DNA of 64,000 bases from Ptychomitrium polyphyllum (taxonomy: Eukaryota). Of the stretch, positions 14,701-28,051 are shown one piece after another. The notes beneath the pieces are model-generated. The model had not been told where the DNA came from. It saw only the letters and a program-made list of their open reading frames with translations, and searched no databases. The stretch is taken from positions 2,046,001 to 2,110,000 of the forward strand of contig OZ316775.1 of NCBI GenBank assembly GCA_973851085.1, in the 5' to 3' direction. The first letter of the stretch is position 1. Each line of letters starts with the position of its first letter. The translations under genes were made by a program, and so were the position numbers.

Positions 14701-17700
14701 GGAGCCATTCCTGGGATAAATAATAGACTCTTGAACTCAATCTCACCCTGTCATAATGAACAATGAATTTATGAGCCATGAACAGCAGCTTTTCAGTAAA
14801 AAATGTAGGGATGTCCACACGGCTAGATGATTCTATCAAATGTCAGGAAGATGTCTCGTATCCGCCAAAGGGCCAAAAATTACAGTGCGTTAGTGAATTT
14901 GAAATAGTCCTGGTCAACTTCCATACCTCAGTGGAGAAGTGTGTGTAGGCCTGAGGGTCAATAAATTCTTTAAAAGTGCTCTTGTAGAAAGTATTGTAGT
15001 CCTCCTTGGACACCTCCTTAGTATTCCGCAACTGCACAAGGCGTATCAGCACCCTGATGAACATTCAAACCAGCGAAACATGATACAAAAGAACTTTATG
15101 AAGCACGCTTTATCGACAATGGCAAGGAATAGGTAGAATTGATGAAATCCAACAAACGACTTACCCAGATAGGCTTTGTTTCATTAACTAGCTCCCAGTC
15201 CCAATACTTCTCAGTGATGGTCTTCTTTTTCTTCTCCTTTGGAGTATCATCAGCAGCCTCCTCACCCTCTTCAGCTTCCTCCTCTACCTGTCAACAAAAT
15301 TGAGAACGTCAGAAGCACTATATCAGAACCAAAACCAAATCAACACTCGTAATGCATTTCAGCAAACTTCCATTAAACACCAGAGCAAACAGGCCCAGAT
15401 AAATGCAGCATTTTCGTAGTAACTATGGCGAACAGACTGGAGTATACCTCTTTCTCACGAGACTTCTCCTGCCAGGTGTAAATGGGGAAGGAGATGAATT
15501 GAGAATAGTTCTTGACAAGGTTCTCAACTCTGATGGCATCTGCGTACTCAAATTTCTCGTCTTCCTGCAAATCTTTCAGAATTTATTAAGTAACAAATTC
15601 GTGTAAATTTCTATTCAAAAAATCTGGCTACAGGACCAGTCTCTTCTCTCAAACTCAGAATACGAGCAATTATACTAACGAAATAAAGATTTACCCCTTA
15701 AACTTAAGCAAAAAGATGGCTTCTCAAAATCACCTTCAGGTAAAGAGTGATAACAGTTCCCCGAGGAACCATCTTCTCAGCATCGGTCTCCTCTTGGACA
15801 GTATAGGAACTGGTGTCAGCTTCACCTTCCCAGACATACTGCTTATCAGACTTCACGCTCTTGGTTGAGACCGTCACCTGGAAAAATCATAGAAACAAGA
15901 CAAACGTAAGAATATTGTACGACAGTAATTGAAGAGGAAACCGTCACGACAATCATAGCTGAGGAGTCATAAGATCTCACTTCCTTTACGCTTAGTTAAA
16001 CTTCATTCAAAACTTCAACTCAAAGCATTGATTAATCTGTAACATACATGAATAAACTTGCAATTTAATTTCCCGATCTAACATAAAACGTACTCCAACC
16101 AATTGGATTAAGGATACAAGCGAGGAGATCTTCCTGCAAACGAGCTAGGTAAGTAAAAAACTGATAGATTACCTTATTGGCTACAAGAAATGCAGAGTAA
16201 AAACCAACTCCAAACTGCCCAATCAGATTGTTGTCAGAAGACTTGTTGTCCTTGCTTTCCTGTGCGTACATGAGGAGGTTTCAGATCCAAGGTTCCATTT
16301 ATTAACACTAGAATTACACATCCTGAACTCAAAGCAGTTGGAACACCCCGGAGTTTGTTGTAGACATTAGACCATCGTACTATATCAAAATATATCTCAA
16401 AACATCAATTTATAGACCACCCCAGTGTACGCTGGAATTTTCCAATAGATAAACGACTCACCTTCAACGCCTTCATAAACTTGGCAGTTCCACTCTGAGC
16501 GATTGTGCCCAAACTTTCAACTAGCTCTTCACGGGTCATACCAATCCCGGTGTCGCTGTAAAACAAGCCCCGCGTTCAATGAGATAGGCCATTCTTGCTA
16601 TCACAAAGACTATGGAAAAATATTGTTTAACACTCTGAGATACTAAGTTGCTCTCAAATTCCTTTCGTAGCCAACAAGTCTTCTGACAACAATCTGATTG
16701 TTATATTTAGATCAACTACAAATTAGAGGTTGGCGTAGACAACACATTCAATCACGCGTACAAAGTGTAGGTGCTCACGTCAGAGTAATGGTGCCAGCAT
16801 CCTTGTCGGCCTTGATGCGGATTTCCAGATTAGGATTAGGCTCCATCAATTTTGGGTCAGTCACGCTAAGAAACCGCAACTTATCCAAAGCGTCACTCGC
16901 ATTACTGCAGTAACGACCAAGCCCCAATCAGAAAGGTTACTTCAAAATAGATGATACTTTCCAAAGCAGGATCATTCACATCTCTGACAGCTTTCAAATT
17001 CTCTACACTAGATTTCTGTAAAAAAAATTCTAAAGCTCTAAAGCAGCTTCAATGAAGGAACTACGGAGACTTCACCTGATTCAACATTCAGAATCAATAT
17101 CCATCTTAACCATGGGAGATCAAGAGAAGTCGACAAAAACGACTAACATTATTGAGGACATTATCAATTGTAGTACCTGACAAGCTCTCGAAGAAAGACT
17201 TCTTTGTGACTGTAAAGGCTGTTTACAATAAGATCCAACAGCCGGCTGACCTGCAGTAAATCATCAAAACAGTCCGATAAGCAGAAGGTACTACAACGCA
17301 ATTCTTCAAACTCTCTACGACATCAATTAACTGTACCAGAATATCACAACGGAAGCTCACTACATATTTCCTGAATACGCTTCACTGCATACCACTGAGG
17401 CAATTGACCCAATAAATTTATTCCGTTTGTATTCTTGCCAGTAAAGGCATGATTGCCAATATCCGAGATGCTGATAAAGTGCAAGTTCAGGAATTCCTCA
17501 GTAGAACACAAAATAAACAAAGGCGCAATACCCTAACTTTAGAAAATCAGGTGTTATATTGACAATAAATTGGCAAGAAAACTACCTCCGCTTGATACTC
17601 AAACTTCTCCACGGGGGCCTTCTTCTCCGCTACGGAAGCTTCGCATCGGATACCAGTGCGACCGAAAGAGCCATTGACCACCTTGGGTGCGAAAAAAACA

Positions 17701-18243
17701 TTAGTCCTTCCAGAAATAGACGCCGCCGATCTCAGAGCAACTCTCTGACTAGGCAAAAACGAGGTCCTCCTTTGGGAAAAGGTTCCACTGGGGGAAGCTG
17801 CCGCAGGGGAAGCCGAACTCTGTTTACACAAAATAGAAACATCAATCAGCGCACGCATCATAATAGGAAGCAAACAATAGAAACTCATCTGGACAGAGAA
17901 AAACTAAAAAACTACCATTTTCCTTCGAAATCATTTCGTACAATAAAGCTGTGAGTCAAATTCTCAAACATCAACAAGGCTGAGCATTAGGGACAACATC
18001 AAACTTCACACAACAACAAAAAATTCCTTCCTTCCGAAACAGACACTAAATCCTCAGCTCTCTCAACTTGCACGTAGAATGAAGTAGAAACATACAATCA
18101 ACTGCCAACACACAATGCACAGAACACAATCCAAAGTCCCAACTTTAATGCAAAAACCAAAGCCCCACCTTGTTGGTTGCTGTAGCTGAGAGCGGGGCAA
18201 CGGCTGCAACTCCCTGAACAGCGGCGAACGCAGCGGGCGCCAT
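11768..18243 (-). CDS. HSP90C: Chloroplast heat-shock protein 90 (HSP90C / HSP90-5 type), 19 exons, ~808 aa
   Basis: Exons (minus): 18243-18169, 17819-17586, 17250-17177, 16904-16779, 16555-16462, 16259-16173, 15877-15734, 15564-15448, 15287-15165, 15031-14927, 14747-14607, 14395-14303, 13971-13894, 13668-13414, 13252-13150, 12986-12812, 12494-12389, 12248-12159, 11974-11768. All introns are GT-AG and the exons total 2427 nt in frame. HSP90 motifs: [58 protein letters not shown]. Ser/Ala/Arg-rich transit peptide ending IRC-EA. C-terminal ENDPWQS carries the DPW motif typical of plastid HSP90 (no MEEVD or KDEL). Confidence 0.97.
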
Positions 18244-19240
18244 GACACCCTCAACCCTAAACACAGTTCCTCCGCAAACCACCACTTTTCCCAAAACCCA
18301 CAATCACAACAATTGGGTCCAGCCCCCAATAACCCCAAACCCACCTCAGAAATTGTCCACAAGTAGGCTCTAGTCACAGCAAAAGCATGCGAGAGCGAGT
18401 AGTGCAACAACGCGCGACTTGCAGCAACACCTGCAATAAGAAGGGACGACGCAGCGGCTGCAAAACCTCGCCTTTCACAGCAGTGGAACAATCCAGAACC
18501 GGTCTTTTGGATAAACCCTGAACCCCAGAGCGGGTGCTCCCCACCCGGGCCGGGCCGGGCAGGAGCAGTCCCTCTCGCCGCTTCGGCCCGTTCCGGGCAC
18601 CACTCTCGACGCGGAGCTCCTGCAACCGCTCGTCACTTTAGTTGATGGCAAGTAAGCCGTCAGATGTGGATGGCGATCATGAGCCACACATCGCGACTCC
18701 TTCAGTAGCGAAATCCGTTACCGGAAGGAAACCGACGTTCTCTACTAATAAGGCACATTTTAGGTTCAAATTTGTTCAGTTATGTAGCTACTGTGATCAC
18801 AGCCGGGTGCCGGTTTGGACTATGAATGGCGAAAATATCTTCCCCTAATTACATTTCAGTAATCAGGTAAATACAGAGTATACAGTAGTCCGACAGGAGT
18901 CTAATTCCGACTTTTTGTTTACGGATGTTCCGTTTGGAATTAATTTTTCGGACATACTACTCCACTTCGACGCCTTTAAGTTCTCGGACAATTAGGTTCC
19001 GCTTCCTGATTGCACAAAGTGGCTCTCTTACGTCTAATTCTGGGATTAGGAAAGAGTGGAGTGCGCAAATCTTGCACACCGCAGAAAGGGATGTAGTCTT
19101 TCGAAAGCGTAGATTTAGACACACTGTAGTAGGGGTAGTTGAATGCTGTTGGTTTTTAGAGGTGGTGACGGTTTTGGATGCATGTGGCTTCATTGTCTTG
19201 CAAAGAGAATTTGCACAGAATTAGGGTTTCAGTGGTAGCT
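18244..19240. promoter_or_regulatory. HSP90C 5'UTR/promoter and probable divergent promoter region
   Basis: GC-rich leader upstream of the HSP90C ATG, with a possible UTR intron ~18257-18344. A telo-box (TAGGGTTT) at ~19222 starts a +-strand region with splice signals. Confidence 0.45.
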
Positions 19241-21615
19241 TAGCATCATTCGGTGGCGAGTCTCTCCGATTCTGCCTTCTCACGGATCGGAGTTGCAGAA
19301 CGGTCTTGTTGGATTCGTCCCTTGTGCGTGCTTTTGTTTGCGTGATTTTTTTTCTGAGGATTTTGTGTGAAGGGAATTCTAGAAGGTAGAGCCAAGCCCT
19401 CGCTGGTTTCGTCGACCTTCGGATAGGCATGATTGCCTAAAGAGGAGAGGCTGCGGGAGACGGGACGAAGTTGCACATGTTTCCACATCCTGCTTTCATG
19501 CTGCAGTCTCATCATTGTGGATGAGAAGTCCTGTTAAACAACTACTATATGCGGAGATCATCAATAGGTGAGAGTTTTCGAATGTTTGTTTGTGATGGAT
19601 GTCTATGAGTGTGCGGATTGAAGGAGCTAGTGTCTACGTCAAGTTTTGGTACTGTGAGTTTGCTTGCGGAGAATTCGTTAGCGGATTTGGTGCGTTGTAA
19701 TAACACGTTAGAGAAGCTGGGAGCTTTGTGGATTTATGACATGTTGACTCTCTAGTGTAGTATTACAGCGCACCAACATTTTCTATGAACGAAGAGGTGA
19801 TAACGAGACTGCAGTGGTCTGTTTTGGGGAGTATGGATTTCATAGACGCAATCGGAGATGTGGACTCAGAAAGCTGAACCATATAATATGCAACGGGGCT
19901 TGGAGTTTGGGATTTATGAGAATGTGAAGCACAGTTCTTCGCAGATCTTGTTGTTGGAGTAGTCGGTGGTAGTGTCGGCAATTGAGTTGATAGAGTCAGC
20001 CCCACAGGCGTTGAGGTCCAACAACACGGATTTCAAGGTGAGTTGTAAAGACTTTTTTTCTTGGCGCTTAGGGAAGAAATTCTTACGTGTTGTCATTAAA
20101 CGACCGGAATCAACACACGAATTGGGTGGTTTTTGTGTTTGTTTGTGTTTTCCCCCCTGATTTGTTCTAGTTCTATTCTAGATGCTGGGCTCCCGTCCTT
20201 CGTCTTCTGCTTTTGCGCGCGCACGCACACACACACACAAAGAATCGGAGCGGCTCTTGTGAGGTTAGTAAGATTTTCCTGCCCAAGAATAACAGATTAT
20301 TGCAACGGACGCTCTTTGCTTATAATCCTTAGCGAAATTAACACTAGAAGATAGCATTCGATAGGTAGCGCTGTTGACGTGGCTGGAATGAGCCTTTGCT
20401 TCTAGATTATGAGTCTTTTTAGCAGTGGTCGGTTTTAATAGAGGTTTGCACCACTGACAAAGGGAAGTTTTTATTTTTATTGCGGAGTAGTTTCTGGTAT
20501 TTTGAAAACCTTGCGTTTGTGATAGATCAAGAGGTGCATGGAGATTGCGAGACGTGCATGTCTTCTGGAACTTGATTTGCACTTTTCGGCAGGTGCCATG
20601 GAGAACGAGAGTAACAAGTTTAGGAACGAAGAAAGTAAGAGAGAGCTTTCGCAGGACTTGCGCGTGATGACGACTCCGTCCAAAAGGCCAAGGCAGCGTT
20701 GAAACAGAGGCGCTACAGACAGAGGAAGGATGAGCTCCATGCTCTCGGGAGCGGCACAAGGGAGCTAACTAGGCCTCTCTGGAAATCCACTTGCATGATT
20801 TTGAGCTGTTTGAGTTCGTTTGACACAATTGAAGAAAAGGAGTTTATGTTCTACCTGCTGTACCCTTTGTTATGACATGCCATGCCAGATCGCTGCTTTG
20901 TGCCGCTAAGTCGATTCGATCACGAGCACACTTGCAGGGATTACAATCCAGTGGAATATGCAGATTCTTCTTAAGTCTAATTAGTGCACGGCATTGTCCA
21001 TTGTAATGGAGGATTAATTGTCCACTTTTACCACAGGTTCAGTTGCTTTTGCCCTCTCTAGCCATCCAGCGGAATTCTAGTAGATGAGCATTATCCATGC
21101 TTCAGGTATCACAATGTAGAACACTTGCTGAAGTGGCTGGTTTTGTAAACATACTTTGAATGAAAGCGAAATTGCACAGAGGGAGGTTTGCCCATCTGTG
21201 AAAGCCCAAAACGTCATAATGACTGTTACATGTATAAAAGAATATACTTCCACGCTGGAGCACAATGATATCATAAGATATACTATTGTATTGCCTATGC
21301 TATCCTTGAAAATGTGATATATTGGAATCTAGCATGACGAGGAGCCCCCCTGACAGAGTCCTTCAGCTGATCGCACCTTCTTGGATGCCGTAAACTTTAT
21401 CCTCACCCTCGTTGGACATGCTCACAGACACGGTTGCACTGCAGTCATGTACGACAGGATATTCTCTGATGGTTCATTCCTCTTCATAGAACACAACGTG
21501 CTTAGCGAGACTCAGATTTCAAGTTGATTCTTATTTGGACTCCGACAAATCTGGCGAAGTAGAAGGAGATTGAGACACTGAGAACCAGAGACAGAGAAAC
21601 TTTGACGCAGTGCGA

Positions 21616-24045
21616 ATGCAGCAGGTTGTGCAGCTGGGACGGAGACTGGTGACTAGCATGACCACTCTCAACAACCCTGCAGGAACAGCGGTGGAGGTTG
21701 CGCGACAACAGAAGAAAGCGCTTCGAGCTGTTGTGCGCCGAGAGCTTCGCAATTTCTCCCCTGAAGCGAAGCGTAAAGAAGGTTCGAGAGATAGGCTGGC
21801 CCATGAACTAATTACCCTAGATTCTTTGCGCTTTGCGTAATTTTTTTTGTGGGTACCGATGCTTGAATCTTGAAAATGGAGTTGCAGCAGTTTCAACTTT
21901 GCAGAAGAGTCATTTTTATATCTCTGCTTAATTCTCGTCGCTGGGTTTGCATTGCATGCGTGGATTCGCTTGCACCGTGGATTTAGGGTTTTGAAGAAAT
22001 GGGGTGAGGGAGAAGAGTGGCAGCAGTGTATTTGATCCATGGAAACCCTAAAGTGGAGATTTGACATGAACACGAGCTGATTGAGGTGGGAAAATGGCAG
22101 ATGATGCGATCCAAAAGCATATTCTATCGGCGGACTGGTATCAGAACAGCAAGAGAATTTGCGCTTACGTAAGCTGTGCAAGCCTTCGAGAAGTGGACAC
22201 TTCTCACATCATGGCCGACCTTTTGGAAAAGCAGCAGCGAACTGCAGGTTTGTAACACTGTAGCCAAGCGTATGTTGCATGTTATAGAAAATATAACGCA
22301 GCGTTTACTTCTGCGGGAATCTTCAGAACTTCAAAACTGGGATAATCGGAACCATTTCTTGTAGTTTTAAAATTCATTATTAATGGCTACCGGTGCTTTT
22401 GATATAAAAGGTATGAAAGTTTATGTGCCACGAATTGAGGACAAAGAAAGCCACATGCGGATGCTGCACATCACCAACACCGATAATGATCTGATCGCCA
22501 ACTATATGAACATTCTGGAGCCTATCCTTGTGGATTCCGTTGGAAATCCTCGGGACGAAGGTACTTTCACCAGGTCTTATTGCATATTGTCGTGCAAGCT
22601 CATTCTGCATTGAAGTTGAAGAAACTCTTCTAAAAGCCTCTGTTACGTGAAGACATGCATCTGGGTGCGCCAGCTTGTTTATATTGATAAACTATATGAC
22701 CAGATTATTATGGCGGAAGAGAGTTGAAACTGCGCATGTCTGGGATTTTATGAAATATTTTATCCTTCTTTGTGAAAAGCCTCCAGTTCCTGTTTAACTC
22801 TTTTCATCGAATATGTTCTCTATAATGCAAATTATTTCTTTGATGGTGAATTACCAAACATTTAAAGAACGTCAAACCGCATGTTTTTGCAGATTATAGC
22901 TGTGATTGCATTTTCGTTAAAAGCTAATAAAATTGGGTGTTGACATTCAACAGTAATGCAGGCGACTAAGCCCCTGGACCTGGTGTTACTCCCAGGCACT
23001 CCCCTTACATTTACTGTTATACTTTAGAATTCATGCATGTCCATTTGATTGAAAGGGGTTACCTGTTTGCTACTGCAATAGAGTTCGTGGTTTTCTGGAT
23101 TTGTGAGGTGTATTTTAACTTCACTCTCATGATGGAGAAACTTTGATCGTGGATTGGACAGGATTGGCGTTTGACAAAAAGGGAGGTCGTCTTGGACGTG
23201 GTGGAGGGTAAGTCATGCATTCAAATGTTGGACCTGTTTTCTTTCTTTTCCCTTCATGGTATCTTAAAATGCCTGGAATTTTGCGTGGAGTTGGGTAGAC
23301 CTTCTTCAATAGGTTGTTTTTGGAAATTAAAGTGTGATTAATTGCGTAGACGAGTTGCTGGTCATGTTTCTTGAACGACATTGTGTATGTTTATCATGCG
23401 CCTCACCTGCCTGTTCTCTTTTTAATCATACGGGTGTGTTGGTCTCAGAAGATTCGGTGTCAATTGAATCGAAATAATATTTTTAATCAGTTCCTTAGAT
23501 ATGTTTTCATGTGGGAGAATGTGGGATTGCTGACTTCAGTGAACTCACACAAGGGGATAGTAGAGAAAAGACAGCAAGACTTTGATTTTGATTTACATCA
23601 GGAATTTGAGTCTTATCAGCATGTTGCCTATATGCAGGTACTATGACCTCTTTCTTCAGAATTATCTGCTTCTGGCTAAGCAAAAAGGATGGAAATTCCC
23701 CTTGCTAGGTGAGATGAGTTGTTGAGTTGGTGATGATTACGTTACATTAAGCTTCAATTTTTCACTTCGGTGAGAGGTTTCCAGAGGGAGTTGTTAATTT
23801 CATGTTTTAGTTAAGTATAGTTATTTATACATTCCTTTATGTAAGGATCGTAAGCCTCAAATCTCGATCTAGTTAGAATTCTCATAGAGGATGTTGGAAT
23901 TGCAGTTGCATTGGCATATAGTCCTCAGATACGGGACGACGCTGTGCCAGTGGATGCGACCGATGTGAACATAGATGCTCTGGTAAGTAGCAATGATATA
24001 CTTACGTTTAGTTCTCAAGCGGAGGAACAGATCGGTTCATCGTAG
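21616..24045 (+). CDS. 5FCL: 5-formyltetrahydrofolate cyclo-ligase (5-FCL / MTHFS family), 7 exons
   Basis: Exons 21616-21781, 22101-22247, 22411-22560, 22954-22995, 23162-23207, 23638-23708, 23906-24045 (TAG). Motifs: KKALR, ICAYVSCASLREVDT, VYVPRI, MNILEP, LDLVLLPGLAFDKKGGRLGRGGGYYD, D(V)NIDALV. Intron 4 requires a GC donor. Confidence 0.94.
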
Positions 24046-26369
24046 CACTGAGTGTGGCCTTATATTCTAGCCAGCACAGAATAAAATCATGCAAAGTATC
24101 CTTGCATGGTTGAGGCCCTTGAGTGCTCAGACCTCTGGAGACTAGTGGAACTCATTAGGCAAGCAACTTCACCTCTTGCATGTTGCTTTGATTACTTGTT
24201 AGTTTGTGACATTATTTTTGTGGAATACAATGGTTTCCCTACTTTTTAGACACTGCAGTGTTGACTTGTGCTGCAATTATCTTATAATGGAAAGATATGG
24301 AACTTTAGTTTAATATCTGAGAAGGGCATCATTGTTAAAGCGTTGCGTCTGAAGTCAAATTATACTAACTCAGCTATGATAAAGAAACTAATCCTCAACC
24401 TTACTGTAGTCACTGAATAATATATATTCGATCAAAGTGATATTGGTACATTTGAAACTGATTTGTTTAACAGAAGCACCTGAAATGAATCGATAATTAA
24501 CAATGCACTGTTTATACAGCAACGCACAGAAAGATTGCACCACCCTCACAATATTCTAGAGCACTAGGAAGTTCTAACCTTGTGCAAGTGGATATTTGCT
24601 TCATATGTTGGTGAGGTTCAATTTTGACTGCCACCTTCCCCACTATTATCGGCCAGTTGTCTGGAATTCTATACGCACGCTCATACCTAGTTGTGCCCAA
24701 GGAATTCAACATACCCCATCAAATTTCAGAGATCTTTTTTTAACAAATGGAATAAAGTTTTATTCCACTGCAGAATTGACAAAACACAACATCCAAGGGG
24801 CCCAGTCAGGATCACCAATCAAAAGAATATTATGTGCAAGGAGAATTCCAGATTCGTAAAAAGGATAGTTTAAGCTCTACACCACTATCTTATGCCATTT
24901 AGGTCACAAGAATTTTTTTAATTGAAAATTTAGGATAAGACTTTGCATGAGCATATTAGAAAGATGCACTACAGTATCAATGGTTTTCCGAATATGTGTA
25001 TATAGTAAAAACTGAACCTATTTCTAGATTTGAGTAATTCATTTTTTTCAACCATTTATTCAAGATTTTCAAGAGACATCTTGCAATGAAATTCCTATCA
25101 ATGCTTTATGGTGGTACAATGAAGATTGTCTCTAGAAACAAATTTAACAAGTTTTCATGAATTTTAAGATTTTATGACTAAAAATCTAGCTCCACAAAAA
25201 TTAAGATAAATTATGGTAAAATTATATGAATTTCTTAGTTTCTTGCTCTAAAATATTCCAAATAGTTATAAAATTATTTAAATCTTATAAAGCACAATAT
25301 ATACAAAAATTATAATTTTCAATTTTGACATTTGTAGTACAAAATAATCTTCATAAGTTTTTCTATATTTATGCAAGAAAAGTTTCAATAAACAAGAAGT
25401 TTTTGAGGTAAATAGAAACAATGAATCTAACAAAGAATCATCACAAGAATACCATTTATAAGACTTCCATAAAACAATATTGAAAAGAAGCTTCAACTTC
25501 CTTTTGTTTAACAATTGAAATAGAAATTAAGTACACTTGGTAAGCATGACATGAAGATTTGAGAATTCAAGTAATAGATGTGGCATTTGCCCATTATTTA
25601 GGAAAACAAAATCACATCAAAATCTTCGTACGAACCTACTTTCCAAAGGATACTTCCCTCAATTGTCCTAGAATACTATGGAAGCTAAGGAGGCTTCTGG
25701 CTTGGTATGTTATGTTTGCCCCTGCACCAATTAAGTATAGAAAACTGTTCGTTTATACCGATTGTTTGATACTCTGTAAAATAGATTACGTTGGTTTGCA
25801 GGAACTGCAAATATCTTCTTCACAACACTCGAGTCAACACAAGTAAATTAACTCATACTTCGCTGACACTAGCCAAGGGCAGGCACCTGAACTACGAGTT
25901 TTGTGAGGAACAAACCCCATCTCATATATTGTAGTTCCAATTGGTGAAAAGCACATTGTCCGTATTATGACAATAGAAAAGAGCACAATGAACCACATGT
26001 GGACGCCGGCTAATTCAGATCTCTTCAAACTTAATTCTATTCCTAGCTACTTCAACTAAATCTGCCGACCCAGGTGACACGTCTTCAACTAATCAATTAA
26101 AAGTTCATGCAGCTGAATGAGGTGACATTAAGACTATTGTCTTGCTGCGCAGACCAGCTCTAGTCCATGGTGCACCGGTTCATTTCCCTAAAAAGGTTCA
26201 ATTCACTATTTTACACTCATCAAAATTAAGCAGATTTCAATCACATTAAAAAAATCATGTCCAAAACTCCGCTAATTCACTCATATGTAAAGCTACCCTT
26301 CAGTTTCAGTTCCAGAGAGCTCATAAAATAAACTGGAATTCCAGCAGGTATCAGAGGGAGAGTATCCAC

Positions 26370-28051
26370 CTATTGACTGGAGATGCAGACGAGAAGCCGA
26401 TAGAGCTCCATTGGAGCCGAGAAGAACACTGCATGGTCGCCATTGGGCATGCAGAAGACTTTCTCGGGAGGGTTGGCAGCGATCATGGTATCCTGGTCGG
26501 CAGGAGAGACGCCCTTGTCTTTCCCTGTTCGGATGTAGAACCTCCTCACTGTGCCATACTTGACAGGAGTCAAGGGCAGCGTTTCCGTTCCAGGCACGTA
26601 CGGAGTGTCCGTCATCAGCACCTTCGCTAGGTTGACGAACTGTGCAAATTCATCACGGCATATACAAATTAATTCTAATGAGAACACAAGACGCAAAATC
26701 TCTAACGTCATTCTGAAAGTGATAGAAGTGATTGTAAAAACCAATTGTAATTTGTAATTTGTGGATATGCATGATAGTTCTCGTAGTTTCAGAATTAGCT
26801 GGGAGGAAAGTAGATGAGTTACTCTTTTTGGTGTCTCGCTCATATAGTACTTGTCCAGTGCGTTCACGTTCAAAGTTGCAGATGACGGAGTAGAGGGACC
26901 CTTCTTGAAGTTCAAAGTCAGGTAACCCGGGTTTATTAAGTTGGGGAAGGTCTGCAGGTTCAACGAATCATACGAGTTAGCAACCTCCAATAATGAGTAA
27001 ACTAAAAAAGTAAATTAAGTAAATAGTAATTGTATGTATATGTGTGTATAAATATATATATTCAATGCTAAGGTTGGAAATGCAGCATAGCAACATAAAG
27101 TTTTTAAAGAAATTGGGTTAATTGCAGGATGCAGATGTGAACATAGTCAAGAATATTATTGCTCGATTGGAGAGCTAACAGAAAAGAATCATACGTCGGC
27201 AGGGAAACCACCAAACATGCTTTGGTTGTATGAGGGCATGACCGCTGAAAGATAGATGGCTTTAGATACTTTACTGGAGAACACCTCTGATGCGTAAGCA
27301 ATTACACCCCCTCCTAGACTGTGTCCCACTAGAATCACCTGTTATTAAATTAAGCTGTTAGAAAACGATCACCAAGACAACGGTACAAATATTCTTGTAA
27401 ACTTATTCCAACTGACACCACTAATGCAACAAGATGCAATATTAGTAGCTCATGTGAGCTGATGAACAACGCTTGCATGCAAGAGCTACTAGACTCATGT
27501 ATATCCTTACTGGTCCAGAGGTGTTGTCGATGGCATCAATCAAAGGCTTTGTGTACTCTGCAACGGTGATGACATCGTCAGCAACATCTTTGTTGATACC
27601 ATGAGAAGCCAAGTCAATTGCAGTGGCCCTGTATCCGAATTGCTCCAGAAGAGTTACGATCTCAAACCAGAACCACGCTCCGCCCCCCATGCCATGTACC
27701 AGTATGAAGTGCTTAGGCGCGTACGACTGCACCGTAACGTCATAACAACATCCAGATTGCTCAGTGCCTCCGTCAGGTATCAAAATAATATGATTGAAAA
27801 TTCAGATACAAAACAGTTTTCTAGTACAGAATAGTATCATAGTAGATCAAGTCGGTGAGCTAGTGGTTCAAATTCAAGAGTTGCTAGCTATCACTTACGT
27901 CACGGTTGTTGCAGAAATCATTCCGGCATTGAACACTGTCATTATTCCTACTTCGGCCATCTGTCCAGGCTATTACCGTGTGCGAGCACAACAGGATGGC
28001 CAAAACCACAAAGCTGCATCCAGCTCGGCTGGAACCAAGTGTTGGAGTCAT
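26370..28051 (-). CDS. Methylesterase / SABP2-like alpha/beta-hydrolase with N-terminal signal peptide, 5 exons, ~303 aa
   Basis: Exons 28051-27899, 27726-27511, 27338-27195, 26951-26823, 26639-26370; all phase-0 GT-AG. Motifs: HFILVHGMGGGAWFW, AIDLASHG, nucleophile VGHSLGG, acid RFYIRTGKD, catalytic GDHAVFFS. Confidence 0.9.

Noticed and set aside
18480..19400. Heat-shock elements for HSP90C
   Set aside because: Only partial nGAAn/nTTCn pairs (~18486, ~19375); no convincing three-unit HSE.
21531..22181. 216-aa antisense ORF across 5-FCL exon 1/intron 1
   Set aside because: Starts at TTG, has an implausible composition, and overlaps a well-supported gene on the other strand.
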